NCBI GenBank assembly: GCA_965198225.1
Contig: CBDAOY010000009.1
Span: 608,001 to 672,000 of the forward strand
From: Terriglobia bacterium
Lineage (GTDB): Bacteria > Acidobacteriota > Terriglobia > 20CM-2-55-15
Length of the DNA: 64,000 bases
Reading direction: 5' to 3'
Shown: positions 50,956-60,566 of the stretch, in pieces
Position numbering within the stretch: position 1 is the first letter of the stretch
Layout: each line of letters starts with the position of its first letter
Translations under genes and position numbers: made by a program
The notes under the pieces: model-generated
Databases searched by the model: none
Told to the model about the DNA's origin: nothing
What the model saw: the letters and a program-made list of their open reading frames with translations, nothing else

Positions 50956-51559
50956 AGCTGGAGATTCGACAGCGAGACCGTCGAGCGCTCCTCCTGCTGG
51001 GCGTTTCGCTGGGCCTGTATTTCGTCCTGTCCGAAGTTGCTTTCCCCGCCTACGATAGACTGGCCGCGGCCGTCGATATCGCTCTGGATCGCGAAGACCA
51101 GTTGCGTCGGTATCGCCGCGCGGTCGTGCGAAAGGGCGACTACGGGCAGCTGCTCGAAGAGGCCCGCCGGCGTGTCGATGAGGGCGAGCGCTCCTGATCC
51201 GCGGCGACAACCCGTCGCTGGCCTCTGCCGAGCTGCAGACGATAATCGAAGAAATCGCCGAGGCCACGGGAGTCGAGCTGGGTCAGCGGAATATGTCCGC
51301 GGCCAGGCAGAAGGACGAGTTTTTCAATGAGATTACGATGACGCTCGGGTTTGATTGTACGCCCGGGCAACTCGTCGCTTTTCTCGAACAGTTGCGTGGC
51401 TCGGAGAAACTTGTCGCGGTGAGGTCGATCCAGATCGCTCCGCTAAGCGTCGTGGATGAATTGAGCGAGGGGATGGAGCTCCGGAAAGATGTGCGCGTGG
51501 ACCTGACCGTCGGGGCCGTCCTGGCCAGCCCCCCGGAGGGCGATCCGGTCGAGGGTTAA
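50952..51559 (+). CDS. GspM-like protein, frameshift near 51190
   Basis: RDRRALLL + TM, continuing in another frame as LLIRGDNPSLASAELQ...QLVAFLEQL. Confidence 0.72.
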
Positions 51560-51562
51560 TCG

Positions 51563-52273
51563 ATGAAACGAGAACTGATAATCATCAACGTGATTCTGGC
51601 GCTGACGGTGATCGGCGCGACCGTGGAACTGCGCACAGAGTGGGTCGGGTTCGAAACCACCCATTCACCGGCCGGCATCCAGTTTGACGGTGAGGCGCTC
51701 AGCGCTCCGGACGAAGCCGATAGGACAGTCAGCCCCATCCAGGACTGGACCGCCATCGCGGAACAGAACCTGTTCAGCTTCGACCGAAACGATCTGGCAA
51801 TCGAGACCTCGGAAGGTCCGGTCGCGGCAGGTCCTCCTCCGTTCCTGTTCGGCACGATGTCGCTCGGTGAAGATCCGATGGCCATGCTGGCGATTGGCGA
51901 GCCAGGGAATCGGGAGTACCGACCGGTGCGGATCGGAGAAGTGTTCGATGGCTGGGAGCTGGTCGAGATCCTCGACAAGTCGGTGCGCATTCGCTCCGGC
52001 GGAGTCGAAACCACCGTGATCATGAACGACCCGACTGCTCAGATGCCCAGAGATCAGAGTCGGACGATCGCCCGGAGTGGGGCTGCTCCAGCAGTGTCTA
52101 CTGTCCAGGCTCCGGCGGCGGCAGCGGGTGTTCAATCGGGCGTGAACCAGCCTACTACGCGTCAATCCGGGACGGCGAATCGCGGAGCCGTCACCGAAGA
52201 CAATGTCCCGCCTGGATTCGTGATCCAGCGGACTCCGTTTGGTAACCGGCTTGTGCCGAAACCCCAGCCATGA
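51563..52273 (+). CDS. GspC-like protein
   Basis: N-terminal TM, NLF..DR, L.GT, G....GW.L..I; position before the secretin. Confidence 0.6.
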   Translation: MKRELIIINVILALTVIGATVELRTEWVGFETTHSPAGIQFDGEALSAPDEADRTVSPIQDWTAIAEQNLFSFDRNDLAIETSEGPVAAGPPPFLFGTMSLGEDPMAMLAIGEPGNREYRPVRIGEVFDGWELVEILDKSVRIRSGGVETTVIMNDPTAQMPRDQSRTIARSGAAPAVSTVQAPAAAAGVQSGVNQPTTRQSGTANRGAVTEDNVPPGFVIQRTPFGNRLVPKPQP

Positions 52274-54174
52274 AAAAGACTATCCTCTTGCTTTCGTTGT
52301 CGCTTGCCGTCGCGGGCATGACGCCGCTCGGTGCTCAGGAGCCCCCTCCGGCTCCGCAGGATGAGGTGCCGATATCGCTATTCCTGGATAACGCCGACAT
52401 CCACCAGATCATCCAGATAATCGGCGAGACGCTGGGCATCAACTACATCGTCGACCCGGCCGTCCAGGGAACGGTCAACATCAACACGGCGGGAAACCTC
52501 CAGCGCTCCGACCTGCTTCCCATCCTGGAGACGATCCTGAGGATCAACGGCGCGACGATCGTTCAGACCGGCAACTTCTACGAAATCCTTCCCGCAAACT
52601 CCGTACTGCGACAGGCGCTCCCCGTCCAGGACGTTGCCCAACCGCCGAGAGTCGACGATCAGTTCGTCATCCAGGTCGTTCGGATGAAGTTCGTTTCTGC
52701 CTCGGAAATGTCGCAGCTACTGACTCCCTACCTCAGCGAGGGCGCCAACATCGTTGTGCACGAAGCCGGGAATATCCTGCTGATCAGCGAGCGCCGCGGC
52801 AACCTCGTGAAGTTGCTGGAAATCGTGGACGTGTTCGACACGAACGTATTCGAGGGAGAGCGTGTCCGCCTGTTTCCGATCGAGAACAACCTGGCCGCCG
52901 ACCTCGTCCAGGATCTCGTGACGATTTTCGCGGGCTACGCGCTGTCGGAGGGCCGTGGCGCGATCCGCTTCGTGGCGATCGAACGCATGAACTCGGTTCT
53001 GGTGGTTTCGCCGAACGTAGCTGTCTTCGGTGAAGTTCAGAAGTGGCTGGACCGACTGGACCAACCACTCCAGACCGCGGGCGTCCGCAACTACGTGTAC
53101 CGGGTCCGAAACGCAAAGGCGGCCGAGATCGAACGCGTCCTCGACCAGCTCTACGGGACCGAAGTTCAGCTTTCGAGTATCTACCAGACTCCGACGGGCG
53201 CCGTCGGAGTGGCACCGCCTCCGGCCGGTCAGGTCCCCGCCGGGGCCCCTGCGGGGCAGGTGGGCACGACCGCATTCCTGCCTACCGGAAACGTGAAGAT
53301 CATCGCCGACCAGATTAACAATGCGCTCGTGATTCAGGCGACCCCGCAGGAGTACGCCATGATCGAAGATACGATCGAACAGCTGGACGTCCTGCCGCGA
53401 CAGGTGCTGATCGATGCTCAGATCTACGAGGTCGTTCTGGACGATTCGCTCGCATTCGGATTGTCGGCGATCCTTCAGAATCGGGGCACTCTCCAGCCGG
53501 CCCAGACGACGGCGTCGTTCGCAGGTAACCCGCCGTCTCTCGCTGCGCAGACGTTTGCGTTCATCGGTCGTTCAAGAGAGCTCTTCATGTTCCTGAATGC
53601 TTCGGAGAACCGGTCCCGGGTTCGAACACTTTCGGCGCCCTCCGTCCTCGTCAGTGACAACCAGACCGCGCAGTTTTCCGTGGGCGCGGAGGTTCCGGTT
53701 CCTGTGGCGTCGTCGGCCAGCGGCGTCCAGGCCCCCGGGGGTGGGACCCTCTTCGCCCAGACAATCCAGCGGCGCGAGACCGGGGTCATCATGCAGGTCA
53801 CCCCTCTGATCAACGACAGCGGAAACGTCACTTTGGAGATCAGTCAGGAGGTCAGCCAGGCCGGTGCCCTGGGCCCCCTCGGTCCGGTGATCGGGCAATC
53901 GACTGTCACTTCGACCGTCGTCATCCGCGACGGGCAGACGATCGTGCTCGGAGGCTTCATCCGCGAAAGCAACGATCTGGTGCGAAACAGAATCCCGCTC
54001 CTGGGCCGCATCCCGGGTCTGGGGGTCCTGTTCGGGAGCACTTCCACGACCAAGAGTCGAACCGAACTCGTGATCCTGATCACCCCACATGTCATTCGGA
54101 GCTTCGAAGAGGCCGACCATGCGACCGAAGAACTCCGTGATAAGCTCCGCGAAATAAAGAAAATGCCCCAATAA
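52270..54174 (+). CDS. gspD: Type II secretion secretin
   Basis: N-domains, QVLIDA.I.EV, GQTIVLGG, IPLLG.IP.LG.LF, TEL.ILITP. Confidence 0.95.
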   Translation: MKKTILLLSLSLAVAGMTPLGAQEPPPAPQDEVPISLFLDNADIHQIIQIIGETLGINYIVDPAVQGTVNINTAGNLQRSDLLPILETILRINGATIVQTGNFYEILPANSVLRQALPVQDVAQPPRVDDQFVIQVVRMKFVSASEMSQLLTPYLSEGANIVVHEAGNILLISERRGNLVKLLEIVDVFDTNVFEGERVRLFPIENNLAADLVQDLVTIFAGYALSEGRGAIRFVAIERMNSVLVVSPNVAVFGEVQKWLDRLDQPLQTAGVRNYVYRVRNAKAAEIERVLDQLYGTEVQLSSIYQTPTGAVGVAPPPAGQVPAGAPAGQVGTTAFLPTGNVKIIADQINNALVIQATPQEYAMIEDTIEQLDVLPRQVLIDAQIYEVVLDDSLAFGLSAILQNRGTLQPAQTTASFAGNPPSLAAQTFAFIGRSRELFMFLNASENRSRVRTLSAPSVLVSDNQTAQFSVGAEVPVPVASSASGVQAPGGGTLFAQTIQRRETGVIMQVTPLINDSGNVTLEISQEVSQAGALGPLGPVIGQSTVTSTVVIRDGQTIVLGGFIRESNDLVRNRIPLLGRIPGLGVLFGSTSTTKSRTELVILITPHVIRSFEEADHATEELRDKLREIKKMPQ

Positions 54175-54388
54175 CACACCACTGAAGTGCGCGTGTGTAA
54201 GAAGAACTCACATCTCGCAGATCCCGAAAGACTAAGTTGCTGAACCGACAGGCCCCCGGACTTCCCGCGGGTTGGCAACTCAAATGCACAAGTTCCATTG
54301 TCGCCAGCCCATCTGGGCCGGGGTTACGGATGTCCTTCCCGAAAGCCTGAGGGGGCCGGAGAGGCATCATTCTAGGGCGCTTAACTGC

Positions 54389-54417
54389 TTGACAGCGGCC
54401 AGCCAACGTGTTACGTT
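54389..54417 (+). promoter_or_regulatory. Strong sigma70-type promoter (TTGACA-17 nt-TACGTT), followed by a 5' hairpin at 54432-54459
   Basis: Consensus -35, 17-nt spacer, TGn extension; hairpin CCAACTCGTTGCC-TT-GGCAAGGGGTTGG. Confidence 0.6.
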
Positions 54418-54464
54418 ACCGAAGTTTTTGTCCAACTCGTTGCCTTGGCAAGGGGTTGGGCCGT

Positions 54465-55406
54465 ATCGGAGACGATAAAGCGTCGATTCTCATCACAGAA
54501 GGTTTCAAAGGGGCGTGGCGTTCGGCGGCGCAGGAATCCAACTCGGGCACCGCCCTGGGTACAGGAAGTTCGATCCTGCTGACGTTTACTGGAGTACCGG
54601 ACAAGGTCAATTTGGGATTGGCGATCATCGCCCAAGATGAAGTAACCGGCGCGTCCGTCGCTCAGAATGCGACAATTACCGATGCGAGCGGCGATAACGA
54701 CGTTCTTGTTACTTACACCGGTGGGGATTTGAACGACATCGGCGAGATTCAAATCGATATCACTGTGACGCTGGATTCGGGCACGACGAGTGTCCCGGCC
54801 GGGAGTATTACGGTGAACGCGAACCTGGCTCCTCAGGGCGCCGCGCTCAGCGCGGTGGTCGGGGCGGAAAATACGCCGACCGAGACCGGTGGATATCCGC
54901 GGTACAGTTCCGCCGCGACCGCGGAACTCACGGTTGTCACCATCGCCGGTGCCTCCACGAACCTGCTGATTCCGTTCGTGACATACGATGGTCTTGCCGG
55001 AGGTTTTGACACCGGTATCTCGATAGCCAATACGACGGCTGACCCGTTTACCGGGGTCGCGGGTAGCGGGACGATCAGCTTCTGGCTCTTCCCCAGGACC
55101 GCGACGGGTGCCGGCACGATGATCTCGTTGACGACCGGTACCGGGACGACTCCAGGTGTCGGCTTGGCTACAGACGGCACGCTGGCTTCGGGCGGAACCT
55201 GGTCCGGGCTGCTGTCGGAGCTGCTGACGGCGGCGAACGAAACCGGTGCGTTCACAGGGTACATCTTCATGAAGGCGAACTTTATCCTGGGGCACGGCAC
55301 GTCGTTCGTGACCAACTTCTCGACCTTCACCGCGGCTTCGCCGATGTTGGTATTGGATTCGGTCCAATCGGCGGCGCGTACCGGGTTTGAAGCTCTGAGT
55401 ATGTAG
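54465..55406 (+). CDS. S-layer-like Thr/Gly/Ala/Ser-rich beta protein, 5'-truncated (no RBS, start codon or signal peptide)
   Basis: ITEGF, TNLLIPFVT..GFDTGISIANTTADPF, FTGYIF motifs resemble putative acidobacterial surface-layer proteins as recalled; no Cys in this part. Confidence 0.6.
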   Translation: MGDDKASILITEGFKGAWRSAAQESNSGTALGTGSSILLTFTGVPDKVNLGLAIIAQDEVTGASVAQNATITDASGDNDVLVTYTGGDLNDIGEIQIDITVTLDSGTTSVPAGSITVNANLAPQGAALSAVVGAENTPTETGGYPRYSSAATAELTVVTIAGASTNLLIPFVTYDGLAGGFDTGISIANTTADPFTGVAGSGTISFWLFPRTATGAGTMISLTTGTGTTPGVGLATDGTLASGGTWSGLLSELLTAANETGAFTGYIFMKANFILGHGTSFVTNFSTFTAASPMLVLDSVQSAARTGFEALSM

Positions 55407-55425
55407 CGCGCTTGGCGCGCTCGGG

Positions 55426-55454
55426 AAAGGGGGGCTCTAAGGCCCCCCTTTTTT
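55426..55454 (+). terminator. Rho-independent terminator
   Basis: AAAGGGGGGC-TCTAAG-GCCCCCCTTTTTT. Confidence 0.9.
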
Positions 55455-55528
55455 AGTTCAAGATCAATACGACGGGCCGGCCGCGGACCGAAGCCTCTCA
55501 TCTCTTCCAGAAGTCGGGTGCAATTCAA

Positions 55529-56584
55529 ATGATCTTTCACCTACTGTTCTTGTTTCACATGAGTCTCGCCCTACCCGATGCCTCCCAGGATCCGGGTGTT
55601 CCTGTCGATTTGAGTGGGCTCGTGTCCGTAGCTCAGCGAACCCGAAGTCTTCTGGCGGCCGGTCAGATGCTCGAGGCGGTAGAGTTCGTCCTTCCCGAGA
55701 GACGCAATGACCTTCTGGGCGCAGGAAGAGCGACGTTTCGAAACCCGAGGGTCGTGGGAGTCGATCTGACCGACGATCCGGACCGTGTCATCGTCCGGGT
55801 CGCCCTGGAGATGCTCCCGGGCGTCACGGCCGGAGCCCGGATGGATTGGGTCGCTCGCGACGCATGGGTTCGCCGCGACGGGACGTGGTATTTCGACCCT
55901 GGACTTTTCCGCGACGCTTTGCATGGCGGAAAAGAGGTGGAAGCTGTCGAGGTCGATTCTGCGGAGGTGGAGGAGGACTTCGAATCCAGCTTCCGGCTGG
56001 TCGACGGCTTCATCGACGTCGGGACCCTCAACCAGGGAGATCGGAAGGTGCTCTCGGTACGGATCGAGTATTCGGGAACATCTCCGATCCGTATCGAGGC
56101 TCCCATACAGTCACGCCTGTTGGCGCTCGACCGCGCCTCGACGACACAGGTGTCGGCCGGCACGGAAGACATCAAGCTAGTGGTGGAGACGGAGGGCTGG
56201 GAGGGCCCGTTTCGGATTCCATTGCCCCTGAAGATTCATTACCGGGGAGGTGTTTTCGACCGCGTCCTCAGAGTGTTCGGGAATGTTTTCGTCCCGCTCA
56301 CGTTCCGTCTCGATCCGCAGTGGGATCGACCCTCCGAAGAGGAGTTCCGCTTCCTGCTGCGCAACAACTCCCCCCAGGCGGTAGAGATTGCATACGTGAC
56401 TGTCGACGGGACGCTGGCGATTGTCGGGCACAGTGAGCGGATCGAGGCCGCCGGTGACGGGTTTATCCATCTGCAGCGTTTGCCCGGAGTCGAACCGGCG
56501 AACGAGGTGACGGTCGTGTTGCGGGAGCCGCTCTTGGGTAGGCGTATCTATGAATTCCCGTTCGACTTCGGCCCCCCCGACTGA
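55529..56584 (+). CDS. Exported hypothetical protein, probably with Ig-like C-terminal domains
   Basis: Hydrophobic N-terminus; D.W.R.DG.WY; beta-rich segments. Confidence 0.6.
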   Translation: MIFHLLFLFHMSLALPDASQDPGVPVDLSGLVSVAQRTRSLLAAGQMLEAVEFVLPERRNDLLGAGRATFRNPRVVGVDLTDDPDRVIVRVALEMLPGVTAGARMDWVARDAWVRRDGTWYFDPGLFRDALHGGKEVEAVEVDSAEVEEDFESSFRLVDGFIDVGTLNQGDRKVLSVRIEYSGTSPIRIEAPIQSRLLALDRASTTQVSAGTEDIKLVVETEGWEGPFRIPLPLKIHYRGGVFDRVLRVFGNVFVPLTFRLDPQWDRPSEEEFRFLLRNNSPQAVEIAYVTVDGTLAIVGHSERIEAAGDGFIHLQRLPGVEPANEVTVVLREPLLGRRIYEFPFDFGPPD

Positions 56585-57258
56585 TGTATAAGGGCCAGAG
56601 AGTCACGGTTGTGATCCCGTGTCTCAACGAGGAAGAGGGGATCCGGCGGGTGCTGGCGGACCTTCCGAAGTTTGTCGATGAGACGATCGTCGTCGACAAC
56701 GACTCTACCGATCGGACCGCCGAGGTAGCGCGGTCCCTGGGTGCGATTGTCGTGACCGAGCTCCACCGCGGCTACGGTCGCGCCTACAAAAGCGGCTTCT
56801 CGCGGGCCAGCGGCGACATCATCGTCACACTCGACGGAGATCATTCCTACCCCGCCGACGCTTTGAGCTACCTGCTTGAAGCTTTCTTTCACTGCAAGGT
56901 CGGTTTTCTGTCGGGGTCGCGATTCCCGACACTCACCAGGGCATCGATGACGTTCAAGCATCGGTTCGGCAACCGGGTCCAGTCGGTCCTGATGTCGGTA
57001 TTGTTCCTGCGGTGGGTCAACGATTCCCAGAGCGGAATGTGGGTCTTCCGGCGGGACGCGCTCGAGGTGATGAATCTCACGAGCGACGGCATGGCCTTCA
57101 GCGAGGAGATCAAGATCGAAGCGATCCGAAACAAGAGTGTCGGCTTTATCGAAATGTTTATAAACTATTCTCAGCGCGTCGGAGAGATCAAGCTTCAACC
57201 GTGGCGCGACGGTGTTCGCAACATACTCTTCCTGTTTAAGAAGAGACTGCTCCCATGA
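56584..57258 (+). CDS. DPM1-like GT2 (polyprenol-phosphate sugar synthase-like)
   Basis: IPCLNEE, VDNDSTD, GYG.A, DGD, GSRF, DSQSG, Y..R.GE.K. Confidence 0.88.
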   Translation: MYKGQRVTVVIPCLNEEEGIRRVLADLPKFVDETIVVDNDSTDRTAEVARSLGAIVVTELHRGYGRAYKSGFSRASGDIIVTLDGDHSYPADALSYLLEAFFHCKVGFLSGSRFPTLTRASMTFKHRFGNRVQSVLMSVLFLRWVNDSQSGMWVFRRDALEVMNLTSDGMAFSEEIKIEAIRNKSVGFIEMFINYSQRVGEIKLQPWRDGVRNILFLFKKRLLP

Positions 57259-59483
57259 AGAGACGAGAACGGCGGGGGAAAGCCCCCCGTACGGACAAGG
57301 GTCGTGGTACCTCGACGCCTCTTTGGTTCGGAATGCTGATCGTCGTCCTGGCCGGAGTCGTCGTCTACTGGAATTCGTTCGACGCTCCGATGGTTTTCGA
57401 CGATTACCTGAGCGTCCAGCGTAACGCTGGAGTCCGTTTCGGCGACGCGCTGAGTCCGCGCACGCTTGGAGGCCGGTCGCTTCTCTACGTCACTTTTGCC
57501 ATCAACTACGCGATCCACGGGCAGGACGTCTGGGGGTATCACTTCGTGAGCTTGCTCTTCCATCTGTTAAACGGCGTTCTGGTGCTGTTTGTTGCCGAAC
57601 ACGTACTGCGGCGAGTCGGGGTCGACCCCTCGAGAGTCCGAGCATACGCCGTCCTGGCTGCTACATTCTTCGCGGTTCATCCGATTCAGACGCAGGCAGT
57701 TACCTACATTTCGAGCCGTTCGGAGGTGCTTTCGACATTCTTTTACCTTCTGGCATTCCTGTTGTTCATCAAAGCACCCGACCACCGCATCGGGTTTCTC
57801 TTTAGCCTGCCGATCGCAGCGATCGCTTACCTGGGATTGCAGTCGAAGGAAACGGTCATCTCCATCCCCGCCGTGCTGCTCGCCTACGATTTCTTGATCC
57901 GTGCCGACTCGAGTTTCCGTCCTGTCCTGGCTCGCTGGCGGTTTTACGCGACTTTCCTGGCTGGCGGCGCAGGGGTGGCCTACCTGCTGTTGACCGGTCC
58001 GCTCAGCGCCTCGGTTGGCGGGACATTGCCTGGTCACTTGACTCCCTGGCACTACCTCTTGACGCAGACCAGGGTGATCGTGTATTACATCCGGCTCGTT
58101 CTCGTACCGGTCGGTCTGAACCTGGACCACGACTTCGCTCCCTCGACCAGCCCGTTCGAGCCTGCAGTGCTGGTGTCTTCCGTGCTGATCCTCGGCGTGA
58201 TCGGTTTGGCATGGTACCTCCGCCGCCGGGCAGCGCTGGTTTCGTTCTCGATCTTCTGGTTCTTCCTCACGCTGGCCCCCACTTCGAGCATCGCACCCAT
58301 ACTCGACGTCATTTTCGAGCACCGTTTGTACCTGCCCATGATCGGCCTTTGCTTCTCGTTTCCGTTGGTACTGGCGAGGGCCCTCGAGTTTTTGAAAGAG
58401 CGAGCACACTTCAGGGTCAAGGTTGTTCCGGTCGGTTCTGCCATTCTGGCGTTGCTCATGGTGGCCACTGTTCTGAGGAACGAGGTCTGGCGCGACGAAG
58501 TGCGCTTGTGGTCCGACGTCGTAAGAAAATCTCCCGATAAGGCGCGCGGGCATAACGCCCTGGCGATGTCCTACTTCCGACGCGGGGAGTATGAACCGGG
58601 GCTGGAGGCGGCCGAGGCAGGCATGGAGAGGCTTCCGAAAGACCGGAACCTGTTTGTCGACACGATGGGGAACTTCTATCTGCAGTTGGGCCGCTACGAG
58701 GAGGCTGCGGAGGCATTTCGCGAGGTCGCGGATCGAGAAGCGGCCCGCGACCAGCCCGACCGGCGCTTTGTCGAGTTCGAGTACAACAACCTTGGTGTTA
58801 CGTACCTGTACATGTGGCGGTCCGTCCGTCAGAACGAGTCGAATATGAGCCCGGCGGAGTTCGACGAAGCGAAGCGGCGTGTTCTGGAACCGGCACTCGA
58901 TGCTTTCAGCAAGAGCCTGGAGTGGGGTTCGAGTATGTTCACCGCCTTCGATAGCTACGTCAATGTCACGTCCTGGCTGGATCGATCTGACGAGCTCAGG
59001 GGCGAACACGAAGCACTCTTGGCCGAAGCCGAAAACTTCCGGTCACGGTACGCCCTGGCGAAACTTGCGTTCAATCGTGACGATTTCGAGACTGCTGTTG
59101 GGCATTTCGAGAAGGCGGTCAACCCGGACCCTAGAGAGCAACTGGTCTGGTTCAACTACGGGTATGCACTCGACCGGGTCGGCCGGTTGGATGATGCGAT
59201 CGACATCTACACCCGGGCTATCCGGTTGAACCCGACCTTCATCGAGGCACACCACAACGTGGGGCTGTTACGAATGCAGAAGAGCGAATTCGACGTCGCT
59301 ATTCAGAATTTTGAAGAAGTACTGCGATTGTTTCCGCAACACGTGACCGCGAACTTGCACCTGGCCAAGATCTACCTGCAGACGGGCAATAGCGCGCTCG
59401 CCCGCCGGCATCTTGCGACCGTCCTGGAAGCCTCACCCGACCATCAGGAGGCGCTGTCGCTCTGGCAGCAATTGGGTTCTTAG
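57255..59483 (+). CDS. TMTC-like GT-C membrane glycosyltransferase with C-terminal TPRs
   Basis: FDD after TM1, HP.QT.AV.YI..RSE, EHRLYLP, RN.VW.D...LW, multiple TPRs. Confidence 0.82.
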   Translation: MKRRERRGKAPRTDKGRGTSTPLWFGMLIVVLAGVVVYWNSFDAPMVFDDYLSVQRNAGVRFGDALSPRTLGGRSLLYVTFAINYAIHGQDVWGYHFVSLLFHLLNGVLVLFVAEHVLRRVGVDPSRVRAYAVLAATFFAVHPIQTQAVTYISSRSEVLSTFFYLLAFLLFIKAPDHRIGFLFSLPIAAIAYLGLQSKETVISIPAVLLAYDFLIRADSSFRPVLARWRFYATFLAGGAGVAYLLLTGPLSASVGGTLPGHLTPWHYLLTQTRVIVYYIRLVLVPVGLNLDHDFAPSTSPFEPAVLVSSVLILGVIGLAWYLRRRAALVSFSIFWFFLTLAPTSSIAPILDVIFEHRLYLPMIGLCFSFPLVLARALEFLKERAHFRVKVVPVGSAILALLMVATVLRNEVWRDEVRLWSDVVRKSPDKARGHNALAMSYFRRGEYEPGLEAAEAGMERLPKDRNLFVDTMGNFYLQLGRYEEAAEAFREVADREAARDQPDRRFVEFEYNNLGVTYLYMWRSVRQNESNMSPAEFDEAKRRVLEPALDAFSKSLEWGSSMFTAFDSYVNVTSWLDRSDELRGEHEALLAEAENFRSRYALAKLAFNRDDFETAVGHFEKAVNPDPREQLVWFNYGYALDRVGRLDDAIDIYTRAIRLNPTFIEAHHNVGLLRMQKSEFDVAIQNFEEVLRLFPQHVTANLHLAKIYLQTGNSALARRHLATVLEASPDHQEALSLWQQLGS

Positions 59484-59509
59484 AAGAAAACTGATTCGAG
59501 GTGATCTAG

Positions 59510-60460
59510 ATGGCAAAGATTTTGATATCTGGTGTGATGGGAACCTTGGGCAGGCCCTTGGGGCGGGAGCTTGTGCGGCGAGGTCATGAGGTTTGGGGCC
59601 TGGATCTACAGCACCAAGCGGAGCAGCAATACTACCGAGCCGACGTGGCGTCCTACCGGCAGTTGGAGCGGGCTTTCGAGCAGGAGTACGATTTTGTGTA
59701 CCATCTGGCCGCGGAATTCGGCCGGATCAACGGCGAGGAATACTACGATACGTTGTGGACGACCAACGTTATCGGTACCCGGAACATTCTGGAACTACAA
59801 AAGCAGAAGAAGTTCAGACTGATTTTCGCCTCATCGTCGGAAATCTACGGGGACAAACACCAGGATGTTCTGTCGGAAGACATACCGCTGAATCACTCGA
59901 TCATCCAACACAACGACTATGCCGTGACCAAGTGGGTCAACGAGATTCAGGTGATGAATTTCGAGAAGCGGTTCGGGAATCCGGTCGTCCGACTCCGGTT
60001 CTTTAACGCGTACGGGCCTGGCGAGTTCTATCACAATTACAGAAGTGTCGTGTGTCTGTTTGCCTACCGGGCGCTCCATCGTCTGCCGTACGACGTGTAC
60101 ATGGGGTACCACCGAGTGTTCATGTACATCGACGACTTCATCCCTACGTTGTCGAACGTCGTTGAGAATTTCGAACCCGGCGAAGTTTACAACGTGGGTG
60201 GTCGGGAGTTCCGCAGCGTCAAGGAAATGAGCGATATCGTTCTCCAAGAAGTTGGAATTGACGATTCTCTCGTAAACTATCTTCCCGAGGACAAACACAA
60301 TGTCGTCAACAAGAGGCCGGACATCGAGAAGGCCCGAGCGGCTTTCGACCACGACCCCCAGATAACCCTCGAAGCAGGTATTCCGCGGACCGTGGATTGG
60401 ATGAAGAAAGTGTATGAGGAGACGATCGCCGGCGCAGTTTCCTCGCTACCGATCGGATGA
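59510..60460 (+). CDS. NAD-dependent epimerase/dehydratase
   Basis: G..GTLG, ASSSEIYG, YAVTK, FNAYGPG. Confidence 0.9.
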   Translation: MAKILISGVMGTLGRPLGRELVRRGHEVWGLDLQHQAEQQYYRADVASYRQLERAFEQEYDFVYHLAAEFGRINGEEYYDTLWTTNVIGTRNILELQKQKKFRLIFASSSEIYGDKHQDVLSEDIPLNHSIIQHNDYAVTKWVNEIQVMNFEKRFGNPVVRLRFFNAYGPGEFYHNYRSVVCLFAYRALHRLPYDVYMGYHRVFMYIDDFIPTLSNVVENFEPGEVYNVGGREFRSVKEMSDIVLQEVGIDDSLVNYLPEDKHNVVNKRPDIEKARAAFDHDPQITLEAGIPRTVDWMKKVYEETIAGAVSSLPIG

Positions 60461-60566
60461 TCCTGACTGACATCCCACCACTCGGTCGCATGCCTGCCTG
60501 CGACCGAGTGTGCTGCCTGAATCCCTCAACGTCCTGTCGTGTTTGCCGAACGTCTGATCGAGAGGT

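Noticed and set aside
54408-54464. ORF-track N-terminus MLRYRSFCPTRCLGKGLGR of the S-layer-like protein
   Set aside because: It overlaps the predicted -10 box and 5' hairpin, has no RBS, and differs in composition from the rest of the protein.
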